A stretch of DNA of 59,532 bases, filler included, from Sphacelaria rigidula (taxonomy: Eukaryota): NCBI GenBank assembly GCA_964200075.2. It is 7 parts of 7 records of this genome, joined end to end, with 100 filler letters (N's around TTAATTAATTAA, not from the genome) between each part and the next. Parts side by side here need not be neighbours in the genome. Positions count along the whole stretch, not along the records: positions 25,558 to 33,976 come from CAXNAA020011207.1; positions 34,077 to 42,495 come from CAXNAA020011208.1; 5 more parts are not named here. One strand, written 5' to 3'. The notes under the pieces were generated by a model. The model was not told the origin of the DNA. It worked only from the letters and a program-made list of their open reading frames with translations, and searched no databases. The translations under genes were made by a program, and so were the position numbers. Below, in pieces: positions 27,562-40,449 of the stretch; position 1 is the stretch's first letter; each line of letters begins with the position of its first letter.

Positions 27562-27628
<67 letters not shown>
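27562..27628. repeat. (AATC)n microsatellite, tail of LINE-3'-like repeat
   Basis: About 16 tandem AATC copies after CCACGGCTGGATC. Confidence 0.9.
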
Positions 27629-27848
27629 CGAGTGTGTTTTCTCCGCATTCGGATGGCACTTTAGTTTCGCCGTTCTCTGCCAATGCTCCTTGCAACTGCG
27701 TGCGCCCACCGCACTTTGCTTCGAACGCAACCCGCAAGCTTCCCTGACGAACGTCCGTACGCTACACGCTCACATCCGCTCTGCCTGTCTCTTCCTCTTC
27801 TTCGGCAGTTCAAAGCCATGAGAATGAACGACGCGTGTTTGGTGGCAG

Positions 27849-30520
27849 ACGGTGAGGGCGGAGTGTTGGGCTTCACTGCAGCGAGAGCGTTGGGATTTCG
27901 CGGCCACTACGTTTCTTATGCCGACGCTTCTGGAGACGGAGTCAGGTGAGAAAGGGGTTTCGTATAAATAGACTTGGTGCTCGTCTTTTGAACCGTGGGT
28001 GCCACAGCGGCGTGCGGACTCTGGTAAGACTATTTCGCAGGGTATTCATGTTCGGCAGGTGTTCCGTGGATGACAACAGGTCACACGGGCGTCAAACGTC
28101 GAACGAATACTTTTCATTAGAGCCGAACGATGCTGTTAGTTTGTTTCCCGACCTCCTTCCGCCTGCATGCCGACGCATCAGTCCTGACGATACGTTGTTG
28201 TTCAACTGACCTCTTCTCGGCACGGTCATCAAGTTGCCCTTTCGCTGCCAAGGGTAATTTCAAACCCGTGTCTTCATCTTCTGACCGTTGTCACTGTTGT
28301 TCAGTATGCAGCTACTGCTGCAGAGTGAGAGAAGCCGAATGTTCACGAGTGAAGAGCCAGCGACCAAGCACTTTTCCCTTGCTTTGTTATTCTTCTTTCC
28401 CTCCCTTCCTCCTTGTTTTATGTGTGCGTGTTTTCATGTTCCTCGTTCTTCATTCCTCTCTGTTGTCTTTGTTTTCGGTTTCTCCATTCGGGAGTGTTTC
28501 CGTTTCTGTTTTCCTCGCGTGCGTCTCTCTCGTGACCACGGCTGGATTACTCGGTGATCAGCTAATGTGTAACCACCAATCAATCAAACCTGACTGACTG
28601 GGCTTGGTGGGGGGCTGTGGTACAACCTGATGTCCCCTCGTACGGTTCCATACTGCATCCATACCACAACACGCCAGGGTCGAGCGTTTTTACTTCTCTA
28701 CCGAAGACATTGCCCCCGAACCTTGAGTTGGTACGATAACCAAACCTGTGAGCCGACAAAGCTGCGAAGGTGGAACTGGGACGATGAACTGGTTCGTGCG
28801 AGCCCTCTTCAAAAAGGGGACCTGATGTTATTCGGAATTCGGGGAGGGGTGCTAATCTCGGTGGTGGCTGGCTGTTCTATACAGCGCTGCAACAGCACGT
28901 ATAGTGCAATATTTCCCTTTCCCTGTAGCTCAAAAAGGAGCTACGAGCTGGGTCAGCCAAGAAGCCCGCGTTCCTTCAACACACGATAGCTTCATCATTT
29001 TCCCGAATCAGTCCGATGTGAGTATGTGGCTCTGAACTGCAGACCAACCTGCGAAAGGCACTCTGTCGCTATCGCGAAAACAAATGGGAAAAATATACGG
29101 CATAACGTATGGCCTTCACCACGGAACGAAGTTCTGCAAAAAACAAGAGTAGCCGTCAGGATTGGAACTCGTGATCTTTCGCCCTTGTGGAAGTCTCTGA
29201 TACCAGTTACACAATGGGGTGCGGCGGTTTTACAAAAAGCGGAGTGCCCTGCCCAACTGAAGTTGTTGAGCCAAAATTGCACAAGGTTCTACAGACAAGT
29301 TGGGGTTATTCTTCACGGAAGCATTCATATATATATATATATTTATTCATCGAGGTATGGCTTTCTCTTTTAGTTGGTACCCATTTTACCAGTCGGACTC
29401 CGGGGTGCATATCTGTCATACAAGAAATGGAATGCCTTGCCCATTTCCAGGAGTTTTTGGCTGAAGGTCCATGAGGAAGCCCCCAGAACTTTTATCTTCC
29501 CATCTCGTTATGGCATTCTCCGAAATTACACATCGCTCAAACGTCGTATTTATTTCCCATTTCTTGGTTGCTTCCGCTACTTTCCGTACACTGATGACAT
29601 GAATCACGTTTCAAATTTCAGTGCCCAAATCCTAAAATTACGCAGAGCACAAGTGTTCAACCGCCAATAGGAACCCTTGGCTGGTCCGTGTCGTTTTGGG
29701 AGAATCCACAGTTCGGGAAGGGAGCACCGAGCTGGGTGGTGCGTGTGCTCTCTCCGCGGTGTTCATGTCTGCCGCACTTGTCGAATCACTGTCTGTACAC
29801 GGCCTGCATTTTCAACGCTGTTTGCTTCAATCACTGAACATAAATGTTTGATTTTGAAAAAGTAACTGTCTGTACACGGCCTGCGCTTGCAATACTGTTT
29901 GTTTTAACCACTGGATACAATTATTTGGTTCTATAACTCGGAAGAACAAGGACGGGAGCCAAACCGCGATTTCGGTACACCTGCTGCTTGTCTTTGAGCG
30001 CTGCTCAAGTACCGTATGGCGTAGCGACGAAGTACATTACTTGTGCCCAGCATCACTCAAATACTAGTACAGCAGTACCGACACAAAAAGTTCTCAAGAC
30101 AGAAAACGCTGATCGATTCTCCCTTCTTTTGACTACCGTGTGCGGCTTTCTAAAAATGCTTGTTTCGATGTATTCGGCACGCCTTAAGCAACCTACTCCC
30201 CCCCCCCCCCCGGTCCCGGTGGCTTCCCGTCGCCTGTACAAACGGCACTCGCCGCACCGTTCCCAAATAACATGACCGAGGACAGTTTACCTGTCGCAGG
30301 GCAAATTTTTAGCGACACTCGATGCAGGGGTTTTTCTCTCGCAAGATGGATGAGACAGCGCTCTTCCGGGGAAGCCCGAGCCCTTGTTCGGGAAGCCCTT
30401 CAAGCGGCGACCGAAGGACAACTTCGACTGGACGATACGCAGGAGTTTTCATTCTCAGACGCCGTTACGGCGATTGAGATTGCTCGTACGCCTGGTGGTG
30501 GTCCTGTGGTGTTCAAGTAA
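27849..30520 (+). CDS. MDR-superfamily enoyl reductase (MECR/trans-2-enoyl-CoA reductase-like), 3' part; exons 27849-27945 and 30286-30520
   Basis: A phase-2 join gives DGEGGVLGFTAARALGFRGHYVSYADASGDGV-S-LPVAGQIFSDTRCRGFSLARWM...EFSFSDAVTAIEIARTPGGGPVVFK*. This resembles the D-x-x-GG...L...G..V.YG..S...V..P....IF.D....GF....W C-terminal pattern of MECR-type MDRs. Upstream exons were not identified. Confidence 0.65.
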
Positions 30521-32124
30521 TGGCACTTCATCGCCGTACAATGCAGCATACTTCGAAGTATGAAGAGTAGATACACTTCGAAGTATGTGTGGTAGCGGCT
30601 GGCTTGATAGAAGACCGGCTGTGTTCGCGGTGATACTTATTTTCTTCCATGTATACGTAACACCATAGGACAGCACGCGGATACGAGGCGCACGTGCTGG
30701 CTGGCCACCACTACGCCCGGCATTGGCAAACCTACTCTAAATACGGACGCGAGGGGACCTCTTATGAAAATGTAATGTAAACGTCAGTCGTACATTGGAT
30801 AACAGGCCGATTTGGGAGTCAGCAGCAGTCAGGACATTATGTATGTTGCCGACGCTTGCCGGTGGTCTGACTGCTACAACTGAAACTCATCAATGAATTA
30901 ACTGAGGGTTTGGCTCACTCGCTGTTACTACGTTGTGTATACACCAGTACGTGGCAAAGTAGTCGGAGAAGTCACACGCGGGGACTGATTCCAGTACAAG
31001 TAGGTCTCCTGTAGGTCAATCGGTCTCATACGGATCTTTTGTAGTGTGGGTGCCCTTTTTTCCGTGTAGATGCTTTTGTTTCTTGCCTTCTTCTGCGGGC
31101 TGTTGAAGTTATGGGTTTATTGGTGGTATGCTCCTTGCACTCTGTGACCATGGATTCGAGAGATCGAGCTAATGTAATGGATATAATAATAATAATAATC
31201 GAGTTCCAGCAGATGGGTTGGGGTTTATTTCCGAGAAATAAAGTGTTAGATTCCCACCGTTAAAAACGTGAGGACGTGAGTAGCAAAGAGAACAATATTT
31301 GACGAAAGTAGACACGATGCGGGAGTGCTCATCTAATCCGCGATACTGTGCCACAATTTAAGACGTGAAACGGGGAAGGGGAATGTCTAGAGTGTGGCGG
31401 GAAATGTATACCATAGTGTACTGTATGCGTATACTCAAGCGCTGTGGTAAGGTTGCATATCCGACGGCTTTATTATCAACTTTTTTCGCGCGGAGACAGG
31501 AATATGTATACTCACGATGTATACGTATTGCTTTCTATTTCTCTCGTTCGATGCTCTCCCTCGTGTACAGCTAAGCACGTTGTAGTACAGTAGTCGCAGC
31601 GTAGGCCAGAAGTGAGCAAGATAAGGGCATAGGATGGGTCTCTGGGAGAGACCACGACATCATCGAGGGTTATTTATGCGAGACTTCCTCAGGGCGCTGG
31701 TCTGACTTGTATTGAAACTCCTGGAATCCACCTATCCGTAGATAGGATTCCAACACTGCCTCTGAGACCCACGATAGCGCAGGGGCACTGCAACATTGAA
31801 TCATGTGCTTTGGATGCGTGTGCGTAGGACACGTGAAATATATATATAGGTGCTGTAGCAGTCATCATTGTGGAAGTCATTCTACTTCTTCAACGGAAGG
31901 AACTTTGGTGTCGGAATGTTTGAAATTTGGGGCATTTAACAACGTAGCTCCCAAGCAGAAATTATCGCAACGAGCGCTTCATATCCATTTTCAGAAAGAC
32001 TGTGACACATCGTTTGTCTGTTGCGGCGTAGTTATGGAGGGTCAGTACGAGTTTGGGCTAGCTATTCGGCCAGCGATGCCTGGACGGCTGGCTGATGCAT
32101 ATCGGCGCGGAACGCAGCCAGGGG

Positions 32125-33898
32125 TTGATTGATTGATTATCTCACATTAGCTGATTGCAACATTCCAGCCGGTGGTCAGGAGCAGCAAAAATAGAGCATA
32201 ATGATAAAAAGAGAAAGGAAAGAGAGGAACAGAAAAAGACAGAAGCAACGGCCTCCGGAAGGAAAGAAACGGAGCAGCGATAACAACAAAAACACCACCA
32301 CTACCACCACCAAGAAACAATAGCAACAAGAACAAATAAACACAAAATAACGACAAACACATACACAAACACAAACACAATCACGAAAAACACAAAAAGA
32401 TGATGATCGCGCATTACGTAGATTGCAACACTCGAGCTCGTGATTAGAAAAAAAAGAAGAAACATGAAAAAAATGAAAGAATATAAAAATAAAAAAGAAT
32501 AAAACGTAAAGAAGGGAATACGATAGACAAGAAGACAAAGCCAGGCTCGTTCCGACGGCGGCGGGGAGGGGGGGGGGAGGGGAGCACAGACGAAACAAAA
32601 ACAGACAAGAAAAAAAAGAGACCACCAGGAACAAAAGATGAACAAATCAGGGATGGGGATCAAATACAATGCTCTACGTATCTGGCGTAGGCTATGATGA
32701 GTTACTTTTGGTACTCTCGGTCCCAGGTGCTGTCGGTGCATCTTGGCCTGCAGCTTTCGCGTGCCGTATCGCTGCCTCTGCGTCATCCTTTTGACACCAG
32801 TCCGCCATAAACCTTTTTACTCCCTGTTCAACACAGCTATACCACTCTTCTGCATCCAAAGCTCTGGTAATCCACCCCTGCCACTCGATACCGAACGCCT
32901 TCATGCCTTGCGCTAGGCAGCGGATCGAATTCTTGTGCCTGCTGTTCAAGTCTCTTTCTTATCCCTCCACGGCTATAGTTTCACCGAACATGGCGTGTTT
33001 CGGTATCCGTCCGGATTACCTGCGCGTGACGAAACCGGCAAAATGGAGTCCCCGCTTCCTCACCGTCGTTTCGATGCTTTCGCACCCTGTCCTCGCGAGG
33101 GTCTCTCGGTATGACAGAACGTGGTCACTGTGCGATTGCGCTTGTGCCATCCAAGACAGCGTCTGGGCAACGCATGGTGGGCCGTGCGCGGTGTACTGTA
33201 GTGGCCGTTGAGAGGGGTCCATGTGATGCACCCGTACAGGAGTGCTTCGACAGCCTTAGCTTTGATCATGCAGACCTTGAAGTGGGCGGCCGCGTTTGGT
33301 CGATTGTACAGTTGGACTTTGTACTTGTGGTAGCTCGACCATGCTCCTTGTACGCGCTTTTTGATTTCGACCGAGAGGTCGCCACTCTCCGTAATCGACC
33401 CCCCCAGGTATACAAATTTGTCTGTTTGTTCGTATACCTGGCCAGCCGCGTTGATGTCAAGGTGCCCCACCTGTGAGTGCAGTCGCATGGTCTTCATCTT
33501 TGCTTCCGACACGGTCAACCCGAACTCTTCGCAGATCGTTACAATTGTCATGCGTGAGAGGACCGCGTGCTTAGGGGACCGCGGCGTAGTCCAAAACACC
33601 CCAGGATCGACATATTTTTACACCAATCGGGCCAGTCCCTGCAGGTACCACGCCCTTGACCCTAACCCCAACACTAACACTAACCCTAACCCCAACCATA
33701 CGGATATTCAAATTCAGATGCGGTCCTCTAAGCACGCGGTCCTCTCACGCATTACAACAATCACAGTCATCATCTTCCCGAGGCTCGATGATGTCCGCGA
33801 GACGATGCAGGCGTCATCGGCGTACAGCATACTCCATAGGGGTCGTTCCTCTTCCGCCGCTATTACTGTGGCCACGTCTGGCTCGACCCATGCTACAG
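32125..33898 (-). mobile_element. Degenerate non-LTR retrotransposon (RTE-clade-like LINE): RT C-terminal part plus 3' UTR
   Basis: MLYADDACIVSR (YADD, about 33790-33832), then FGLTVSEAK, KFVYLGGSIT, EALLYGC.TW, RKRGLHFAGFV.R. The ORF is frameshifted. The 3' UTR ends in (AATC)n at about 32125. Confidence 0.88.
33546..33756. mobile_element. MITE with TGT...ACA ends, 37-bp TIR, 5-bp TSD (ACAAT) and internal telomere-like repeats, inserted into the LINE RT
   Basis: ACAAT|TGTCATGCGTGAGAGGACCGCGTGCTTAG ... CTAAGCACGCGGTCCTCTCACGCATTACA|ACAAT. Removing it restores the RT frame MMTVIVTICEEF. A second copy starts at 33899. Confidence 0.85.
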
Positions 33899-34217
33899 TG
33901 TAATGCGTGAGAGGACCGCGTGCTTAAAGGACTGCGCCGTAGTTCGAAACACCTCAGGATCGACGTTTGTCAAAACNNNNNNNNNNNNNNNNNNNNNNNN
34001 NNNNNNNNNNNNNNNNNNNNTTAATTAATTAANNNNNNNNNNNNNNNNNNNNNNNNNNNNNNNNNNNNNNNNNNNNTGTGCAAAACTCTGTGCATGCCGA
34101 CCCCCGCCAGTTTGCCCAATAATCTGTGGAGATCGCCGTAAATGTTATTGCACACGAATTATTGTTCAGCGGTCGCTCTCGAAATCTTGGAGCCGAGCGA
34201 ATCTGAAAAGTGGGCTA

Positions 34218-34460
34218 GGCTCCTCTCTGTGGGGTGATGTGCGAAGTGTCGGGAGACGTGTGTTGGCGATTTTACCTGTTTGAGGGTCGAAAAGTCGGTC
34301 AAACGTCACAAAGTTGAACAATCCGTGGGCCAAATATATGGGGCTCCTCTCTGTGGGGGTGATGCAAAGTGTCGAAGACGTGTGTTGGCGATTTTCCCTG
34401 TTTGGGGGTCAAAAAGTGGCTCAAACGTCCCAAAAGTGAACAATCCATGGGCCAAGAATC
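34218..34460. repeat. Tandem duplication, ~124-bp unit
   Basis: GGCTCCTCTCTGTGGGG...AGACGTGTGTTGGCGATTTT...CAAACGTC...GAACAATCC..GGGCCAA occurs twice. Confidence 0.8.
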
Positions 34461-35026
34461 TGTGTGCCATGTAAGACTCAATATCAGGGTTGAAACCGAT
34501 TGCTTGATTGCTCGATTGCCCAGTTGGTTGTCGCTCTCTAGCTGATCGCCCCAAGGGATCCAGCCGTGGTCATATACATGGCAGAAAGTATGACCAAAAA
34601 CTAAAAACTTCGAATGAGATTTTTCCTTTTTGGCATTCCGACGACAAGCACAGAGCTGCCGTGTGGAATTGCTCAGGTTCTGTCAACAACAACGTCGGAC
34701 GGAAAACTAAAGCTCGTGCAACGCAGGTAAGTGCTCCATCACCTTGAAAACAACTCTGGGACAGAAAAAACAGCAGCGCCTACCTTTCGTGCTTGTACAT
34801 GTACAAGCACGGAGCACATCACTCGTGGAGAACAGTACACAAAACAAACACCAACATATATATGAACAAATGTGGCAAAATATCATACATGAAACAAACA
34901 CGCGACAAAAACAAAACAAACACACAACTATAGGGCAAGAAGAGCACAAACACGAACAAACACGCCCACCATTTATTTTCCCACGCACGAACATGTACGA
35001 ACATGTACGTAAGTGCGACTTCTTGT

Positions 35027-38000
35027 CTATTTCACCTTCTTCTTTTTGTGCACCCTATCCCACATCCACGTGTCATAATCCAACCGAATGTAACTGGTAA
35101 CCCGCGTCTGTTCCCCACTCTCCGCAGTCGTAACCTCTTCGTGGTACTTCACTCTCTCCTGCGCCGGTCCCTCTCGCGGCTCCTTCCGGAAGTACTTCTG
35201 CAACTTCTCCATCCCGTCGGGGCTTAGCGAGTTCGCAGTAGCCAAGACAGCCGTGAGCGCCGGCGGGAGGTAAGACGTCTCCTCCTCCGCGGCGCTTGTT
35301 GGTGCCCCCGCCACTCCGAGTCCCATCATTGCTGCAACGGCGTCGATCTCACCCGCTCCAGGTATGGTTGGCGCCTCCGGTGGCGTGGAGGGCTTCTGTG
35401 GCCTACCCCCCTCGGACCATGACGCAGCACCATCCGCGCTATCCTGCGCTCGGCCATCGGCGATGCCACTACTGGCGGACGCTTGTTCTGTTGTCATACT
35501 AGAATTGATCGCCCCGCCAGCTCCGCTGCCGCCGCCAACTTCTCCAGAAGCGGCGGACCCTGCCGACGGATTTTCTTCCTCGCTCGGGGTAACTTTGGCC
35601 TTTTTCCGACCGGGTCTACCCTTGGCCTTCTCTCTCGCGGATTCCTTCTCCGCCTCGATGGCCTGCAACTCATCGACGTTTATCATCATCACGCCCATCT
35701 TGCGCCCGCCTGCGCCCCCGACGTTTCCTCGCGCGCCGCGCGCCCCGTTGCCCCCACCTCCGCCGGCCTTGCGCACTCCAAGATTCAGATGATGCCCCGA
35801 GCCGCCGGTGCTACGCTGAAGAACCCCGCGCGAATGCGCCAAGGCCATAGGCTTGCTGGTGCGCCGACGTCCGTCAGACCCTGCAGACGGGTCCATCGCT
35901 GTCAAGTTGACCCTTCGCGCCTGAGCGAGATTCGGCCCGGTAGACGACGCGGGCTGGGACTGCGGTGCGGGCGGTTTCATCAATCCCCCGGGGGTTGCGC
36001 GGAAACCAGCGGTGGCCCCGGCGTTTGGCGGGGAATTGGACGCGCTAGACGCGGCAGCAGCGCCCGGGTGCCATGAAGAGGCCAGATCCTCGGAAAAGTC
36101 GTCGAAAGTGTTCCCCCGCGCGTTGAAGTGTACATTTTCGAATTCGTCCTTCGGAGGTTGTTGCTTCCGGCTCACCTGTGTCGCGATCGCCAAAAACATG
36201 GCACCATACACACACATATATATAGGTATACTATACCCGTGACTTCTCCCGCTCTCAGTCTGAAAGCCGGCATGTTTTTTCTTGAATAGAAAATGTGCAG
36301 TTCACGCGTTTTTATGTGCTGTGGTGTATTTAGTGATGATCACAGGCGGTGGACTGTCGCAGGCTGTTCGCTGGGCATGTGAGCACTCTTCCGCCAATCG
36401 TGGGCGGGGTTGATCATGTTCTTCCCGTGCGAGACGCGCTTCAAAAGGTCTGCGGGGAAGGGCAAATAAGGTGATGTTAGCCAGAACAGGATATATTTCA
36501 TGGGCAGAAAGTAAGAAAGCACACAGGCCGCCTTGAGTATCCAAAGCTTGGCCCCCCAATTCCCGATTTGTCAGTTTTCCCCACAACATCAGAACTCCAT
36601 GGCATCGAGGTCAACAACCGCATACCAAGTACGAACGCTCCGCGTTGGCATAGGCTTCAGGCGTTACACCAGCACCCTTGCTGTGCGTGGTAAACCATCA
36701 CAGGTTAGGCTACAGCACCAAGTCTGAAGGTGTGTGGTGAGCTGACGTGTAACGTTACACCCCTGAGTTTCTTAACTCTTCTTCGGCTGAAAAACTGTCG
36801 GTACCGTCATTACTAACCGCATTTTGAAACACAGGTTAAAATCGGTATTTGCACAAACGCGGGAGCCATTCTCCATTCTACCCTTCCGATAAGCGACCAC
36901 AGATAACTCACCCTGTACCATACCCTGTGCCATCCCTTCGAACGGGCGAGCAGCACTTGCTGGCAGCCGTCGTTTGAGCCAAAGTTTTGTTCATAGCCGC
37001 AGTTAAAGAAGTACGATATGTCTCGGTTGTGCTCACCTCCGGTCATCAACATACGGAAATAATGTATCACAGCGGCACTCAAAGTAGTGGTAGCTACTGT
37101 TCCTTAGCTATAAAGCGCAAGCTCAATTGCCTGGCACCGAGTGGATAGAGATGCCGTTAACTACGTGCATAGCGCTTGAGCACAGAAAATGTGCTGGAAA
37201 TGATAGTTGAAAGCAAATGTTGAACAAAAACGGCAGCTCCGCAGCATATGGCTCTTCCCAACTAATCCAAGCTTCTTGGGTCTCGTACTGTTATGGGGGG
37301 GACTGGAGGGCCTAACAACCAATAATCAGCGGCAAACTAAAAAAAAAAGTGCGGAGGAATAATGAACACGTCAGGAGGTGGTCACACCTGTGCCGAGGCC
37401 CTCTCGAGCAGAACGCACGCTTCATCACTTATAAACTTGGTTTACTATGGGACAGCTCTAGCACGGGAGATCGCGCGGTTCTCGACACAGGAAAAAAATG
37501 GCCCACGGCACTTCACACCCTCCCGCATACACACAAGATCTAAAAGATTCTAATTCACATTTTCCTGGCGTTGCGCCAGCAGCGAGAAACCCTCATCCCA
37601 GAGCGCAAAACACCTCATTTTTGTACGTTTGGGTTTGTTGCGGCTCAGTATCACGCTCAAACGAAAAAGTAAAATAGATTGACCTAGCTTGGGTGTGTGG
37701 GAAGCGCACGCAAGAAACTGCGGTCCAATCCTCTGCTTCGTCGCCGAGTTCTACGCATTGCGCGATCGGCACTTTTGGGTTGAGGATTAGTATCTAGCGC
37801 TACTAGAGGTCCAACATCGCAAATTCAAAAAAATCGGTGCGCATGATGTTTTTTCTCGCCGCAAGTTGTCACGACATGCAGTTTGGTTGCGTGTCGGCAG
37901 GCGCTGCTGCTTAGTTCTGTGCGGCTGTGCACAAAAGGCAATTTCGCCTTCCAACAGCGAGTATCCCTTCAAGTGTCGAATTTCAGAGGGGGAGTTCACA

Positions 38001-40449
38001 GAAGAAAGACAAAGCTAGCGGCTACTTCGTGTCAGAGCTCCAGGGCAAAAGCCGAGGCTTCTAGAGCGATTGTAGTACTTGCACCGCCTTACATTTGCTG
38101 GCGACTGTTGTGATCATGTACTTGGTAATTTGTCTGTTTATGTTATACTAATGTAAGAGTGAGATGCAAACTATGCGACGGTCGACAGCTTCGTTCTGGG
38201 CTGCATATTTTTTTCTTGCAGCGAGCAGTGTGTGACGGTGTTTCACTTTGTGGCGTGCCGCCAGGTGCTGCTTCGTTCTGTACGGCTGTGCACATTGAGC
38301 AAATTAGTCTTTCAACAGCGAGTACCCTTCATGTATTGAGTTGCAGAGGGCGGCGTAACACACGAACTTCGGCTGTTGGATCTGAGGGTTCCAGCGGAGA
38401 AACCAAGGCACCAAGGGCGATTTTTATTTTAGACTATACACTATGTATGAACAGGTCAGCAGAGCCACGGGGCTTCGACTGACTGCCTGTATATACTGAA
38501 AATAATATGTAAACCATGCGATGTACACCAACTTGCATCTTCGACCAAATGCTATTTTTTGGCACCAATGTCACGACAATCGCTTCGGTGGCGGTCCGCC
38601 ATGTGCTCCTCTGTTCTGTGGGGATGTGTACGGAGGACAACCTCACTTATCATGGGCGAATGCCCTTTCACCCCTTGGCTTGTAGAGGACGAGTTCATCG
38701 ATTAAACATGGCCGTCTTCTCACAGACGTTTTCGAGACAGAACCCAAGGGATGCGCAACGCTGCTGCTCATGGTATCCAAATTTCCGTACTTTCTCGTTC
38801 TAGCACGATGTCAGGCACGCCCTTCACTGCAGATGCGTTGGTGTGTGGCGGCCACAAGTGCTGCTGTTCGTCTTCTTGTCTTCTTGTCTTCGCAATGGTG
38901 GTAAACGTGGGGTGCCAGCTCGGGGGCGTGCGCTTCCCGAGTAGTACAGCAGCTGAACACTTGCACCAAGAGTTTCCACCCACTGATCTGGAGCGAGTTA
39001 TCCGGAGGAACAATATCATCTCAACACCGAGCACTCACAGGCTTGAAGATATGTCCTATGTTTATGATACATTTTATATGAGCCAGGTCGTTGTTTCTAG
39101 GTGACGCATGTATTTTTTAATGATATGATATGATATGATTCGCCTGATTACGGTCCAGTTCTTACGCATATAGCGTTCGTGATCCATTTTCCCGAAATAT
39201 AGTACCCAAAATCGGGCCCCAGTCCCACCCATAACTGTACTACACTCATGGTGTACATTGTCCTGAATTTTGTACTTGAAGTAAATATGACCTCAATCGT
39301 GTACTTGTTTGGAGTTCGAACTCTATCGATCAGCCTGTTCTTTGTGTTTGGAAGCCGGCACAACGCTGTACAGTGTTGGATACGGGCTTTGTATACGAGC
39401 CGGGCCAGCTTAAAAGCGGCCAAACGTTGCCCACACTACAGCTTTCCCACTTTCCCGAATGAACCCGATGTGAGCACATCACTGTAAAGTGCAGACCAAC
39501 GTGGTAACACACGGCACCGCCGCTGAATGAAGAAAACAAATGAAAAAAAATGTACGAGAGAGGTGCTCGCAACAACATGGGGCTTGTGCGGGATGTGTGT
39601 GGGGGGAGGGGGGGGGGGGGAACACAAAAGCACCGACAAAGTCTACCTTCCTTCGTCCCATACCATTTCATTTTGCTAAATAGGATCGATAATACCCCCC
39701 CCCCCCCCCCCCCCTCACATATGCATCTTATTGTAACCGTATTGTTATTACAGTCGATCACAATCATACTCGGTGGGTGCTGCAGCTTGCCCTAAAGAAA
39801 TAGGCGGCGAGGAGCCCGAAAACCGGCATATTTGTCATCATCTACAGTATACGTAGGCCGTTAAGCAAGATAATGATTAAAAAATGGTCGGCGCAACACT
39901 GCTCACGTATCTCTCCTCTACAGGGCCGAAGTAGGGCGCCTCCCCGACCAATCGACGTTTGCTTCCAGCGGTGGAAGCAGACCCAGTTCCTCCATCTGCT
40001 GTTCCTCCTCCCCCGCTTCCATTGGATGGGTCATCGATTATTCGTTTGGCCCGTGTGAGAACATCCGCAACTGTTCGGTTCAAGATGGTGGTCGACGTGA
40101 TGTTATCGGCTGCATCAGCTGCACCTGGTAAACCTTCCTCCCGTTCCTGCTGCAGTAACAGCTTATTCCGCACCAGACCGGACACTACCTGCACCCACTC
40201 ATCCTTGTCATCATCGGCTACGCGCAGAAATTCCGGTAGGTGACGCCGCAAGGACCTATGCTGCTCTGTTCGTATTCCCAAGAAGGCGATGAGGGCCCGC
40301 ATCTTGATCGTGGGTTCAAGAGCAGGAAAGCCCGGCAGAAGCACCTTATCTACGAAGTCAGACGTGAGCATCTGCACCACATCTTCGCTGCTCCAGTTTG
40401 CCTCTAGTCTTAGCTCGAACGCCCGAATATGATTTGGTTGCGCAGGCAT
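35027..40449 (-). CDS. NELFA: Negative elongation factor A (NELF-A)-like protein, ~563 aa; exons 40449-39907 and 36175-35027
   Basis: ATG to TAG with one phase-0 GT-AG intron. The N-terminus reads WSSEDVVQMLTSDFVD..F..LEPTIKMRAL..DDDKDEWV..PVEERY..VHF and the C-terminus ANSLS..KYHEE..TSYIRLDYDTWMWDRVHKKK. These match, in order, the conserved NELF-A N- and C-terminal blocks as I recall them, with a low-complexity middle. Confidence 0.75.

Noticed and set aside
35364-36242. Plus-strand ORFs over NELF-A exon 2 and minus-strand ORFs over the ankyrin gene
   Set aside because: They are antisense shadows of GC-rich coding sequence.
37860-38430. Diverged duplication with ~360-bp spacing in the NELF-A intron, considered as extra exons
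   Set aside because: No conserved reading frame, and the two-exon model already fits the expected NELF-A motif spacing.
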